Shown in pieces: positions 1-17,970 of a stretch of 64,000 nt of DNA (the stretch's first letter is position 1; each line of letters starts with the position of its first letter). Source of the DNA: Eledone cirrhosa (lineage: Eukaryota); contig OZ024741.1 of the NCBI GenBank assembly GCA_964016885.1, positions 119,164,001 through 119,228,000 on the forward strand, read 5' to 3'. The notes beneath the pieces were generated by a model. It ran no database searches. It worked only from the letters and a program-made list of their open reading frames with translations, and had not been told where the DNA came from. The position numbers and the translations under genes are program-made.

Positions 1-2932
1 ACATCCCTTTCTTCGTCCTCACTGAAACCCATCTCAGTAACCTCCACTTGGAAGCCGAGGTGAAAGTGAAAAATTTCAAAGCCATCCGTGCTGACAGAAG
101 AAAGGGCGGGACTGCCATTTGTGTCCATAATTCTTTCTCAACAGAGGCTATGAACATATTCACTAATGGATACTGCGAAGCAGTCACTGTATTCAGTCAA
201 ACCAACAACCTAATAGTAGTTGGGCTCTATAGGCCACTCCAAACGCCTGTACCATGCTTCAAGGAATGCCTCAACAGCATAAAGTGTTTCATCCAAGAGT
301 GTCACCCTGACAACATCTTAATGATGGGGGACTTCAACCTCCCCGGAGTTGACTGGCCCACAAACAGCCTGCCACCAGGTTCTTCTGCCTCAACCTCTGA
401 CAGGGAAGCAGTGGAATCGCTTCTTGACTTCATGGATGATTTCTTCCTATCCCAACTGGTGCTCGAACCAACGAGGTGCCACAAAAACGTCCTAGACTTA
501 ATTTTCAGCAATCACACTGACAATATCCACAATATTGCAGTGGAGAAAACTCTACTCTCTGATCATGACATGGTTCTCTGTGATCTGAGATTCCACCGTC
601 CAATATACAAACCCAATGTCATCTCTCCTGTCCATCCGTTTGACGCTATGGATTTCCACAATGCAAACTGGGAAGCGATCAGTCATGATCTTGCACATGT
701 CGACTGGTCCTTCACACACACTCATACACCCACTAACATCAAAAAGTCCTGGCAGACATTTGTGGACACTGTTACAAACATATGTGCAAAACACACCCCA
801 TTAAGAACTATAAACAAATCTAAGAGCAGAATCCCTAGAAATAGAAAAACGCTCATCAGAAAAATTAAGAGAACGAACAAAAAAAATCAACAAGCTGAAA
901 TACTGTCAGCAGCAACACATCAACTTGACTGACATTTCATCCCTAGAGATTAAAAAACATAACCTCCAAAACAACATAATGTCTCTCATCAACAATCAGA
1001 GAAGAGCTGAAGAGGCCTGGGCCATTGAGAAGATCAAACTCAATCCCAAAGTGTTCTTTTCATTTGCAAAAAAACACAAAATCACTGGCTCTACTGTTGG
1101 CCCTCTAATTGATGAAAATGGCACTCTTCAAGACAATGCTAAAACCATGGGTGAGATACTGCAGAAACAATACTGCTCTGTTTTCAGCAATCCTGATATG
1201 GCCGATCTGGGCTGTATTGGCGATGTTACTCCCCATTACACCTTATCGGACATAACGTTTGGCGCCCCTGATGTCTTAGCGGCAATAAAGGAAATCAAGC
1301 ATAATTCAGCAGTAGGTCCCGATAGGTTCCCTGCTTGTGTCTTGAAGGCGTGTTAACACCAACTTGCATCTCCTCTTGCCAATCTGTGGCGGAACTCACT
1401 GGATGCTGGATATGTGCCAGAAAACCTATCCCAGTCTGTTGTCCCAGTTTTCAAAAAAGGAAACAAATCCCTTGCCGTGAATTACCGTCCAATCTCACTC
1501 ACCTCTCATATCATTAAGGTATTTGAGAGAGTGGTGAGATCGCGAATGACCCACTTCCTTGAGAGGAACAATATGTTGAACTCCAACCAGCATGGATTCC
1601 GTAATGGAAGGGATTGCCTGACGCAGCTACTGCATCACTTTGATGACATTTTGAGAGCCTTGGGAGAGGGTTCCAACACTGATGTTATCTACCTTGATTT
1701 CAGCAAGGCCTTTGACAGGGTTGATCATAATATTCTACTGAGAAAACTGTCCAATATTGGTGTCACTGGAAAGCTGCTGCAGTGGATCAAGAGCTTCCTG
1801 TCAAACAGAACCCAACATGTTGTAGTCGAAGGAGTCAAATCCAGCCCAGCCAAAGTCAGTAGTGGGGTTCCACAAGGCACTGTGTTGGGCCCACTTCCCT
1901 TCATCATCTATATTAATGACATCACTGACATCATCAAACACAGCAACATTAAAATTTTCGCTGATGATTCCAAGCTCCAAAAGGTCATCAATGGCGTGGA
2001 TGACCGGATAAGCCTTCAGTCAGACCTACTGGCTGTTACCCAATGGGCGGAAAAGAACAACATGTTACTGAACGAAGACAAATTCGAACTGATCCACTTT
2101 GGAAAAGAGGATGCTCTGAAACTCCCGTACTCCCTTCCCTCCGGGGAAACTCTCGTGGCATCTAACAACATCAGAGACTTGGGAGTAACCGTGGACAGCA
2201 ACATAAGCTGGGCCACGCATATAAGCAGCAAAGTTGACATGGCCCGCAGAATGTGTTCCTGGATCCTCAGAACCTTCCAGTCGAGAGATTCCCACACCAT
2301 TATCCTTCTCTTCTCTACTTTTGCCCGACCACACCTTGAATACTGTTGTCCACTGTGGTCTCCCCACACGAAACAAAGTATCATGAAACTTGAAGCTACT
2401 CAAAGGGCAATCACGAAAAAGATAGATGGCATGTCAGACCTTGACTACTGGGGTCGACTAGAAAACCTGAAACTTTACTCACTCCAACGTCGCCGTGAGC
2501 GTTATATTATCTGCATGATGTGGAAAATGTTCCATCATCACTGCCCAAATGATGTTGGCATCGCCTTCAAGATACACCCAAGGCTTGGGCCCCGTGCTAT
2601 CCGCCCCATACAAAAATCTAAATCGCAACTCATAACAACAATACGGCACAATTATTTCACCTCAATTGGCCCTGCTCTCTTCAACATCACACCAGGACAC
2701 GTCAAAACAGAAACTGACCACACAAAATTCAAGAAGTCATTGGACAAATTCCTCCAAGTAATCCCGGACAAACCACCCACACCCGGATATGTCTCCGCAA
2801 ACAGTAATTCTCTTCTCGAATGGGCCATGATGCCCAAATCCTGAATTGAAAGACTTCGCCAGGTGGTGCTATTAAGTTAGACATGGCCTGGGCCAATACT
2901 GGCCAAAACATTTCAAAGTTATTCAAAGTTAT
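1..2932 (+). mobile_element. CR1-clade LINE (APE endonuclease + RT), disrupted ORF2, 5' part outside window
   Basis: APE motifs GLYRP, MGDFNLP, VLDLIF, SDHDMV (48-932). RT motifs YRPISLTS, SGVPQGTVLGP, FADDSKL, RDLGV, LEYCCPLWSP. Frameshift in an A-run near 880 and in-frame TAA at 1354-1356. 3' tail (ATTCAAAGTT)2, then (TA)n. Confidence 0.9.
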
Positions 2933-2941
2933 ATGCAACTA

Positions 2942-2979
<38 letters not shown>

Positions 2980-2983
<4 letters not shown>

Positions 2984-3545
2984 AACTCTGGATGTCGGTG
3001 AGCATGTCCAGCCAACCTCAGTCTCCTCTGTGTCACTTTTGAGCTGACTTTTGGGATGCTCCCATACAGCTCTGAGTTTTTCATCCTCAGTATATACTGA
3101 TTAATGTTCAGAGCCATCCTCAGCATTCTCGTGTAGCACCCATCCACCATCTGAGTGAGTTTCTTGGTCAGTGTCCAAGTCTCAGACCCATACAGCAGCA
3201 CATACTCCACTACAGCAATGAAGAGGCGGATTTTCAGGTCTCTACGAAGGTCCGACTTCCACACCGATCTCAAGCTGTGGCACGCTGCCCAGGCCTTGCT
3301 CTTCCTCTCAACCGCATCATCTTCCGTATTCCCAATCTTTGCTCCCAAATACAGGAAGTCCTCAACCAATTCCAGCGGCTTCCTGCCTACATTAGTGATC
3401 CCCTCTGGCTTCTCAACATTCTCTACCAGATATTTTGTTTTAGTCTCATTCATTCTCAGCCCCACACTCATCGACACAGTCTCAACCTCCTGCATCAAAT
3501 CCTCTGCCTCCTTCACTGTATTTGTCACCAAAACTATGTCGTCGG

Positions 3546-3549
<4 letters not shown>
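2980..3549 (-). mobile_element. RTE-like LINE RT C-terminal fragment
   Basis: Translates as YADDIVL...[10 protein letters not shown]...FLYLG...[11 protein letters not shown]...RRLRLAGH. Both ends abut (TA)n. Confidence 0.85.
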
Positions 3550-4372
<823 letters not shown>

Positions 4373-6066
4373 GTACTTTTCATAGTACGACAACTACAGG
4401 AGAAGTACCTAGCTAAAGGTAAACCCCTCTACTTAGCTTTTGTCGACTTGGAGAAAGCCTTCGACAGAGTCCCCCGCTCCATTATCTGGTGGGCTCTTAG
4501 AAAACTAGGCGTTGACGAATGGCTTGTGAGGGCTATACAAGCCATGTATAAAGAAACAGTCAGCAAGGTTAGAATTAACAACGAATATAGTGAAGAGTTT
4601 AGCGTAAAAGTTGGCGTCCATCAGGGCTCTGTTCTCAGTCCACTACTATTTATTATTGCCCTTCAGGCTATAACAGAGGAGTTCAAGACAGGCTGCCCAT
4701 GGGAACTCCTATACGCAGACGACCTGACACTCATAGCGGAATCAATGGCCGAGCTAGAGAAGAAATTCCAAACATGGAAGCACGGCCTAGAGTCAAAAGG
4801 ACTTAAAATTAACCTGGCTAAGACCAAAGTACTAGTTTGTAGTAAAGAAAACAAGGCGGCGGTCCCTTCTGGGAAATGGTCGTGCTCGGTGTGTAGGAAA
4901 GGCGTAGGTAGAAACTCCATTTTATGTCCTAAATGCAAAGTATGGGTGCATAAAAGATGTAGTGGGATCACAGGTAAGCTAACTAAGAACATAGATTTTA
5001 CATGTGGCCGGTGCTCTGGTGCAATAAGTAGCAGCAAGTGCCCACAAACTACTAGCTCTTTCAATTGCGCAGAGGGTTCTATAGAAATAGTGGACAGCTT
5101 CCGTTACCTGGGCGATAAAATCAGCAGTGGGGGAGGGTGCTCTGAAAGTACTGTAGCTAGAGTCAGAACTGGTTGGAAAAAGTTCAGAGAGCTTATACCA
5201 CTATTAGCTGCTAAAGGGTTCTCACTAAAAATGAAAGGCAGGTTGTACGATGCCTGCATACGAACAGCAATGCTGCATGGCAGTGAGACCTGGGCATTGT
5301 GTGCAGAGGATATACGCAGACTAGAGAGGAACGAAGCTTGCATGCTCCGCTGGATGTGTAACAGTAATATACGTGAACGGCAAAGCATAAACGAACTAAG
5401 GAAAAAATTAGAGATAAGAGGGATCAGATGTTGTTTACTCGAGAGAAGGCTACGTTGGTATGGACACGTGATGCGCATGAAAGTCGATAGCTGTATAACA
5501 AAGTGCAGGGCAATAAAGATAGACGGTAGTCACGGAATAGGCAGACCTAGAAAAACCTGGACGAGCTGATAAACTCCGACATCACACACTTACACCTCTC
5601 CAAGACAATGTCACTGGACCGAGACCTTTGGCGGTACTCAGTAACAGAGAAGACCCGCCTTACCTAAATATATAGTAAAACCTACTCCAGCCAGTAGGCA
5701 TCTCTAACAAAATACACCCCGTCCCACCACCACCACCCCCACCCGATCCACACCACCCCGTTCTATGTAAAGTTATGTTGGTGCCGCGCCATCGAGGCCG
5801 AAACAAATGAGATCGTGTAGGTGTCACGACAAAAAAACACACAGTCCACGCTGTAATGTGGCCGTGTAGGCAACACGGTAAAAACCTCCCAGACCCACAC
5901 TGTAAATGTGGTTGGTGTTAGGAAGGGCATCCAACTGTAGAAAACCTGCCAGACAGTCCTATGCGAGCAAGACAATCACTCTTGCCTCAAGTGGGACTAC
6001 CCCCGTCCAAACCCATGCAAGCGTGGAACACGGACGTTAAACGTTGATGATGATGATGATGATGAT
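4373..6066 (+). mobile_element. 5'-truncated RTE-clade LINE, RT with internal PHD-like finger, (GAT)n tail
   Basis: [32 protein letters not shown]4HC3 insert, [26 protein letters not shown]. Frameshift near 5560. 3'UTR contains TTAGGAAGGGCATCC. Tail GATGATGAT runs into (TA)n. Confidence 0.92.
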
Positions 6067-6382
6067 ATATATGCATATATAAATATATGCATATATATAT
6101 ATATATATATATATGCATATATATATATATATATATGCATATATATATATATATATATATATATGCATATATATATATATATATATATATATGCATATAT
6201 ATATATATATGCATATATATATATATATATATATATATGCATATATATATATATATATATATATGCATATATATATATATATATATATATATGCATATAT
6301 ATATATGCATATATATATATATATATATGCATATATATATATATATATATATATATGCATATATATATATATATATATATAT
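6066..6382. repeat. (TA)n array with GC interruptions
   Basis: Direct reading. Confidence 0.95.
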
Positions 6383-6856
6383 GTTGAAAAAAAAAAAAAT
6401 GAAAACGAAATTTCATTTCTCACTCTTAGTATGGCACTTACTTAAATGTAAGTATGTATGTATACGTACATACATATATGTATACAGACGTGCAGTAGCA
6501 TGCATATATATATATATATGTCATACGGTGTTAAGGCAACCACGTCACCTTTTTGTTCAACACTGACACAGGAACGATGTACTAGTTTCAAGCTTGTTAG
6601 CTATCATCAGCACCGTTTACCCATCTGCCAGATAGTTGAACGTTCGAAAGTATATACTTTCCTTATGAAAATTAACGGCTGAGCAGCCTAATTTGCATAT
6701 TGAGTGAGTTAAATCGGTCAGGCATACCGAAAACGATAAGTTGAAAAAAAAAAAATGAAAACGAAATTTCATTTCTCACTCTTAGTATGGCACTTACTTA
6801 AATGTAAGTATGTATGTATACGTACATGCATATATGTATACAGACGTACAGTAGCA

Positions 6857-6908
<52 letters not shown>

Positions 6909-7066
6909 TATACACATATACATACAGGTACACATAGATATATGCACGCATCAGTTTAGCGGACGCTTATTATAACGCCGCTTTGTTCGTTTGTAAACAA
7001 AACTGAACAGCCTGAATTTATGTCATACGGTGTTAAGGCAACCACGTCGCCTTTTTGTTCAACACT
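6383..7066 (-). mobile_element. Non-coding HHR-bearing tandem element (family A), ~1.6 units, retrozyme/mini-Penelope-like
   Basis: The segment starting GTTGAAAAAA...TGAAAACGAAATTTC occurs at 6383 and ~6740. Reverse complement of 8422-9231. One unit has a ~100-bp deletion at its internal TA tract. Confidence 0.85.
6573..6618 (-). ncRNA. Type I hammerhead ribozyme (family A)
   Basis: Reverse complement reads AACGGTG-CTGATGA-tAGCT aaca AGCTt-GAAA-CTAGTA-CATCGTT. Helix I 7 bp, palindromic ACTAGT helix III, GUA site. Confidence 0.85.
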
Positions 7067-7183
7067 ATATATATATATATATATATGCATATATATATAT
7101 ATATGCATATATATATATATATATATATATATGCATATATATATATATATATATATATGCATATATATATATATATATATATA

Positions 7184-7233
<50 letters not shown>

Positions 7234-7257
7234 TATATATATATATATATATATATA

Positions 7258-7331
<74 letters not shown>

Positions 7332-7542
7332 TATATATGTATACATATATATATATATATACATATATATGTATATATATATATACATATGTATGTATAT
7401 ATATATATACATATGTATGTATATATATATATACATATGTATGTATATATATATATACATATGTATGTATATATATACATACATATGTATGTATATATAT
7501 ATATACATATGTATATATATACATATATATACATATATATAA

Positions 7543-7573
<31 letters not shown>

Positions 7574-7735
7574 CATATATATAAATATATATATACATAT
7601 ACATAAATATAAATATATATATATACATATACATATACATATATATACATATATATATACATATACATATATATATATACATATACATATATATATATAT
7701 ATATACATATATATACATATATATATACATATACA

Positions 7736-7787
<52 letters not shown>

Positions 7788-7928
7788 AATATATATATAT
7801 ACATATATATATATAAATATATATATATACATATATATATATATAAATATATATATATACATATACATATATATAAATATATATATATACATATACATAT
7901 ATATATACATATATATACATATATATAC

Positions 7929-7979
<51 letters not shown>

Positions 7980-8010
7980 CATATATATATACATATATAT
8001 ATATATATAC

Positions 8011-8061
<51 letters not shown>

Positions 8062-8066
8062 TATAC

Positions 8067-8097
<31 letters not shown>

Positions 8098-8164
8098 CAT
8101 ATACATATATATATATACATATACATATATATATATACATATATATATATACATATATATATAC

Positions 8165-8209
<45 letters not shown>

Positions 8210-8234
8210 CATATATATATATACATATATATAT

Positions 8235-8271
<37 letters not shown>
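7067..8271. repeat. Compound (TA)n array (GC-, then AC/GT-, then AC-interrupted)
   Basis: Direct reading. Confidence 0.95.
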
Positions 8272-8421
8272 TTAAATCCATCGGATTTATGAGGTTTTAC
8301 AAAGCGAAACTGATCAGTAAGGGCCACTAGAAGAGGTAAATATTTATATTATTTTTTTAATGTATTTTGAAAAATTGATTGAATTTTACTTGTTCTGCTT
8401 ATCTTAATATATATATATATA

Positions 8422-9230
8422 TAGCTAACAAGCTTGATAGCTAACAAGCTTGAAACTAGTACATCGTTCCTGTGTCAGTGTTGAACAAAAAGGTGACGTG
8501 GTTGCCTTAACACCGTATGGCATAAATTCAGGCTGTTCAGTTTGTTTACAAACGAACAAAGCGACGTTATAATAAGCGCCGCTAAACTGATACGTGCATA
8601 TATGTATGTGTACCTGTATGCATATGTATATATATATGTATATATATATATATGTGCATGCTACTGTACGTCTGTATACATATATGTATGTACGTATACA
8701 TGCATACTTACATTTAAGTAAGTGCCATACTAAGAGTGAGAAATGAAATTTCGTTTTCATTTTGTTTCAATTTATCGTTTTCGGTATGCCTGACCGATTT
8801 AACTCACTCAATATGCAAATTAGGCTGCTCAGCCGTTAATTTTCATAAGGAAAGTATATACTTTCGAACGTTCAACTATCTGGCAGATGGGTAAACGGTG
8901 CTGATGATAGCTAACAAGCTTGAAACTAGTACATCGTTCCTGTGTCAGTGTTGAACAAAAAGGTGACGTGGTTGCCTTAACACCGTATGGCATAAATTCA
9001 GGCTGTTCAGTTTGTTTACAAACGAACAAAGCGACGTTATAATAAGCGCCGCTAAACTGATACGTGCATATATGTATGTGTACCTGTATGCATATGTATA
9101 TATATATATATGTGCATGCTACTGTACGTCTGTATACATATATGTATGTACGTATACATGCATACTTACATTTAAGTAAGTGCCATACTAAGAGTGAGAA
9201 ATGAAATTTCGTTTTCATTTTGTTTCAATT

Positions 9231-9231
<1 letters not shown>
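8422..9231 (+). mobile_element. Non-coding HHR-bearing tandem element (family A), ~1.7 units of ~470 bp
   Basis: TGAAACTAGT at 8451 and 8921 gives a period of 470. TAGCTAACAAGCTTGA is duplicated at the 5' junction. Flanked by (TA)n. Confidence 0.88.
8894..8938 (+). ncRNA. Type I hammerhead ribozyme (family A)
   Basis: AACGGTG CTGATGA(8901-8907) TAGCTAACAAGCTT GAAA CTAGTA CATCGTT. Confidence 0.85.
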
Positions 9232-10556
<1,325 letters not shown>

Positions 10557-10680
10557 GCAAATGTTTTATTGTTGGGTTACAACGAGTAAATATTTTATAA
10601 CTGATATAAAAGCACTCAACAGTTTTTGGAGTAGGTTTAAGATATTAAACAAATGGAAACTATATTTATAAAACCATATT

Positions 10681-10746
10681 TATTTCGTTATATATATTTC
10701 TGGGATATCATATTAAAAATATGGTATGCCTTCCTCAGACAAAATA
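10681..10746 (-). ncRNA. Type I hammerhead ribozyme (family B, left arm)
   Basis: Reverse complement of 10902-10967. Confidence 0.7.
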
Positions 10747-10901
10747 CAATATATAAGCTGTTTTATAAATAATTTTGACATACCTTAGAATAATGCAACT
10801 TCCATTTAAAAAGTTGATTTGGTAGTCAAATCAACTTTTTATATGAAAGTTGCATTATTCTAAGGTATGTCAAAATTATTTATAAAACAGCTTATATATT
10901 G

Positions 10902-10967
10902 TATTTTGTCTGAGGAAGGCATACCATATTTTTAATATGATATCCCAGAAATATATATAACGAAATA
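10902..10967 (+). ncRNA. Type I hammerhead ribozyme (family B, right arm)
   Basis: TATTTTGT-CTGAGGA-AGGCATACCATAT tttta ATATGATATCCCA-GAAA-TATATATA-ACGAAATA. Helix I 8 bp, palindromic TA helix III, imperfect helix II. Confidence 0.72.
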
Positions 10968-11257
10968 AATATGGTTTTATAAATATAGTTTCCATTTGTT
11001 TAATATCGTATATATATATATTGGAAAATGTGTGTAATCCTTGGTACAGTTAGGTATATTCAGACAGCGTGAAAGGTCTTTCTAAAAACGAAACAATACC
11101 TCCTACGTTAACCAAGAACTCCTAAGACCTAACCAACAACCAACAACTTAATTTATAAAATATATTTTTTAAGAAAAATTCTTTTGGGATTTTGTGAAGA
11201 AAATAAATTTGTTGAAAGCACAAGTGAAGCCATTTTTTCTTCCCCCCTGTCTTAATA

Positions 11258-11293
<36 letters not shown>

Positions 11294-11328
11294 CATATAT
11301 ATATACATATATATACATATATATATAT

Positions 11329-13066
11329 ACTTAGCTTTCGTCGACTTGGAGAAAGCCTTCGACAGAGTCCCATTATCTGGTGGTCTCTTAGAAAACTAGG
11401 TGTTGACGAATGGCTTGTGAGAGCTATACAAGCCATGTATAAAGAAACAGTCAGTAAGGTTAGAATTAAGAACGAATATAGTGAAGAGTTTAGCGTAAAA
11501 GTCGGTGTCCATCAGGGCTCTGTTCTTAGCCCCCTACTATTTATTATTGCCCTTCAGGCTATAACAGAGGAGTTCAAGACCGGCTGCCCATGGGAACTCC
11601 TATACGCAGATGATCTAACGCTCATAGCTGAATGAATGACCGAACTAGAGAAGAAATTCCAAACATGGAAGCACGGCCTAGAATCAAAAGGCCTTAAAAT
11701 TAACCTGGCTAAGACTAAAGTTCTAGTTTGTAGGAAAGAAAATAAGGCGGCGGTCCCATCTGGGAAATGGCCATGCTTAGTGTGTAGGAAAGGCGTAGGT
11801 AGAAACTCCATTTTATGTCCCAAATGCAAAGTATCGATGCATAAAAGATGTAGTGGGATCACAGGTAAGCTAACTAAGAACAGAGATTTTACATGTGGCC
11901 GGTGCTCTGGTGCAATAAGTAGCAGCAAGTGCCCACTAAATACTAGCTCCTTCAACTGCGCAGAGGGTTCTATAGAAATAGTGGACAGCTTCCGTTACCT
12001 GGGTGACAAAATCAGCAGTGGGGGAGGGTGCTCTGAAAGTACAGTAGCTCGAGTCAGAACTGGATGGAAAAAGTTCAGAGAGCTTATACCACTATTAGCC
12101 GCTAGAGGGTTCTCCCTAAAAATGAAAGGCAGGTTATACGATGCCTGCATACGAACAGCAATGCTGCATGGCAGTGAGACCTGGGCATTGTGTGCAGAGG
12201 ATATACGCAGACTAGAGAGGAACGAAGCTTGCATGCTCCGCTGGATGTGCAATAGTAATATACGTGAACGGCAAAGCATAAACGAACTAAGGAAAAAATT
12301 AGAAATAAGAGGGATCAGATGTTGTTTACTCGAGAGAAGGCTACGTTGGTACGGTCACGTGATGCGCATGAAAGACGACAGCTGTATAACAAAGTGCAGG
12401 GCAATAAAGATAGACGGTAGCCACGAAGTAGGCAGACCCAGAAAAACATGGGACGAGCTGATAAATTCCGACCTCACACGCTTACACCTCTCCAAGACAA
12501 TGTCACTGGACCGAGACCTTTGGCGGTACTCAGTAATAGAGAAGACCCGCCTTACCTAAATCAAAGTAAAAACCTACTACAGTCAGTAGGCATCTCTATC
12601 AAAACACACCCCGTCCCACCACCTCCACCCCATCCACACCGCCCCTTTCAATGTAAAGTTATGTTGGTCCCACAACATCCAGGCCGAAACAAATGAGATC
12701 GTGTAGGTGTCACGACAAAAAAAAACACACAGTCCACGCTGTAAATGTGGCCGTGTAGGCAACACGGTAAAAACCTCCAGCCCCACACTGTAAATGTGGT
12801 TGGTGTTAGGAAGGGCATCCAGCTGTAGAAAACCCGCCAGACAGTCTACGCTGTAATGTGGCCGTGTAGGCAACACGGTAAAAACCTCCCAGCCCCACAC
12901 TGTAAATGTGGTTGGTGTTAGGAAGGGCATCCAACTGTAGAAAACCCGCCAGACAGTCCTATGCGAGCAAGACAACCACTCTTGCCTCAAGTGGGAAAAC
13001 CCCGTCCAAACCCATGCAAGCGTGGAACACGGACGCTAAACCTGATGATGATGATGATGATGATGA
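11329..13066 (+). mobile_element. Second 5'-truncated copy of the PHD-containing RTE LINE
   Basis: Highly similar to 4430-6066. TGA stop near 11633, small deletion near 11370, ~110-bp tandem duplication in the 3'UTR (~12730-12960), (GAT)n tail into (TA)n. Confidence 0.92.
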
Positions 13067-15114
<2,048 letters not shown>

Positions 15115-15986
15115 AGGGTTAAAATACTGGAGCGTAAGATGTTTATATTTTTTTTTGTACCATCATAATTTTTGGGTATTGTACAATTTATTTTTCCTCA
15201 CTTACTCTGTAACTCTATATGAATTGATTTGTTAACTTGAATGCCATTATAGATTGTATATTATAAATGTTAGTATATTATTATTATAGTATTATTGCGA
15301 CATCTATATTGTTTGTGTAAATTAACCGGAGATTATCTATTCTATTATATTATATCATATAGTATATAATTGTATAGTTCATTATTTATTATATGTGTTA
15401 CTTATAATAATATCATATTATTACCTCATGTATATTGGGTATATGTATTATTATTATTATTATTATTTTCATTCCTATCATGCTTATTTTTATATTTAAA
15501 CTCTTAATAAGGTTTAATTTGTGCAGTTGAAGATGGATATGTGTATTGATGTATGTGTATGTGTGCGTACATATATACATATGTATATTGTACCTTCTAA
15601 TTTTTATTGTAATTTTAATATTGGTAAAGGTATATTATATTATATTACATTGTATTATATATAATTCCTGCTCTATATAACCACCTTTGTTTAGCTCTAG
15701 GGTTTTTTTGCTTTGGACTATATTTGTAATATGGTTCTTAATGTTATACACCTCCTTAGTAATTTTTATTATATATTTTTATTATATATTTTTATTATAT
15801 ATTTTTACCCATAATCTTGCAATACTTTAGTGTATGTACACTCCATATTCTTCAGAGTTTCCGGCTTGTATTGGCCGATAATACTTCTTGTTGTTTTGAT
15901 TGCCCTGATGAGTCCTTAATAGGACGAAACATTGTTGGCTAATAAAGACTTTTGATGTATTGAAGGCTTCTTTGTTTTACTTTCTT
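15115..15986 (+). mobile_element. Probable Penelope-like 3' terminal region (family C) with HHR and AATAAA
   Basis: AT-rich segment lying between TA arrays and ending in HHR + AATAAAG + short T-rich tail. Confidence 0.55.
15899..15943 (+). ncRNA. Type I hammerhead ribozyme (family C)
   Basis: ATTGCC-CTGATGA-GTCC ttaata GGAC-GAAA-CATTGTT-GGCTAAT. Canonical core and a perfect helix II. Confidence 0.85.
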
Positions 15987-17592
<1,606 letters not shown>

Positions 17593-17734
17593 TTTTTAAT
17601 ACTTTGGGAGGGTTATGTTGCCAATAAGAAACACACGCACCAGTTGCTTTCACTCCAATTTATTGTAAATTTTTTTTTTAAATCTATAATTTTCTGGTTG
17701 GTTGGTTCCACAACTAGACGGTTGTTCATATATT

Positions 17735-17777
17735 GTCAAAGTTCTTTCGTCACACATTCTGTGACCTCTTCAGTGAC
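17735..17777 (-). ncRNA. Type I hammerhead-like motif (family D, left arm)
   Basis: Reverse complement GTCA-CTGAAGA-g GTCACA gaatg TGTGAC-GAAA-GAACTT-TGAC. Confidence 0.7.
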
Positions 17778-17927
17778 TGGGGATTCTTTTCTTTGTTTTG
17801 TGCCTCTCCTTTGTTCTGTCCTACGCCATCTTGTTTTAGTATATATGTGTATATATATATACACACAAAAACAAGATGGCGTAGGACAGAACAAAGGAGA
17901 GGCACAAAACAAAGAAAAGAATCCCCA

Positions 17928-17970
17928 GTCACTGAAGAGGTCACATAATGTGTAACGAAAGAACTTTGAC
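17928..17970 (+). ncRNA. Type I hammerhead-like motif (family D, right arm)
   Basis: GTCA CTGAAGA GGTCACATAATGTGTAAC GAAA GAACTT TGAC. Helix II carries a substitution relative to the left arm. Confidence 0.6.

Larger units (their letters stand above)
10557..11007. mobile_element. Near-perfect palindrome (10641-11007) of an HHR-bearing Penelope-like terminal repeat (family B)
   Basis: Arms ~180 bp, centre ...TTGATTTG gtagt CAAATCAA... near 10824, one HHR per arm. The left copy extends ~85 bp further to the TA array. Confidence 0.85.
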
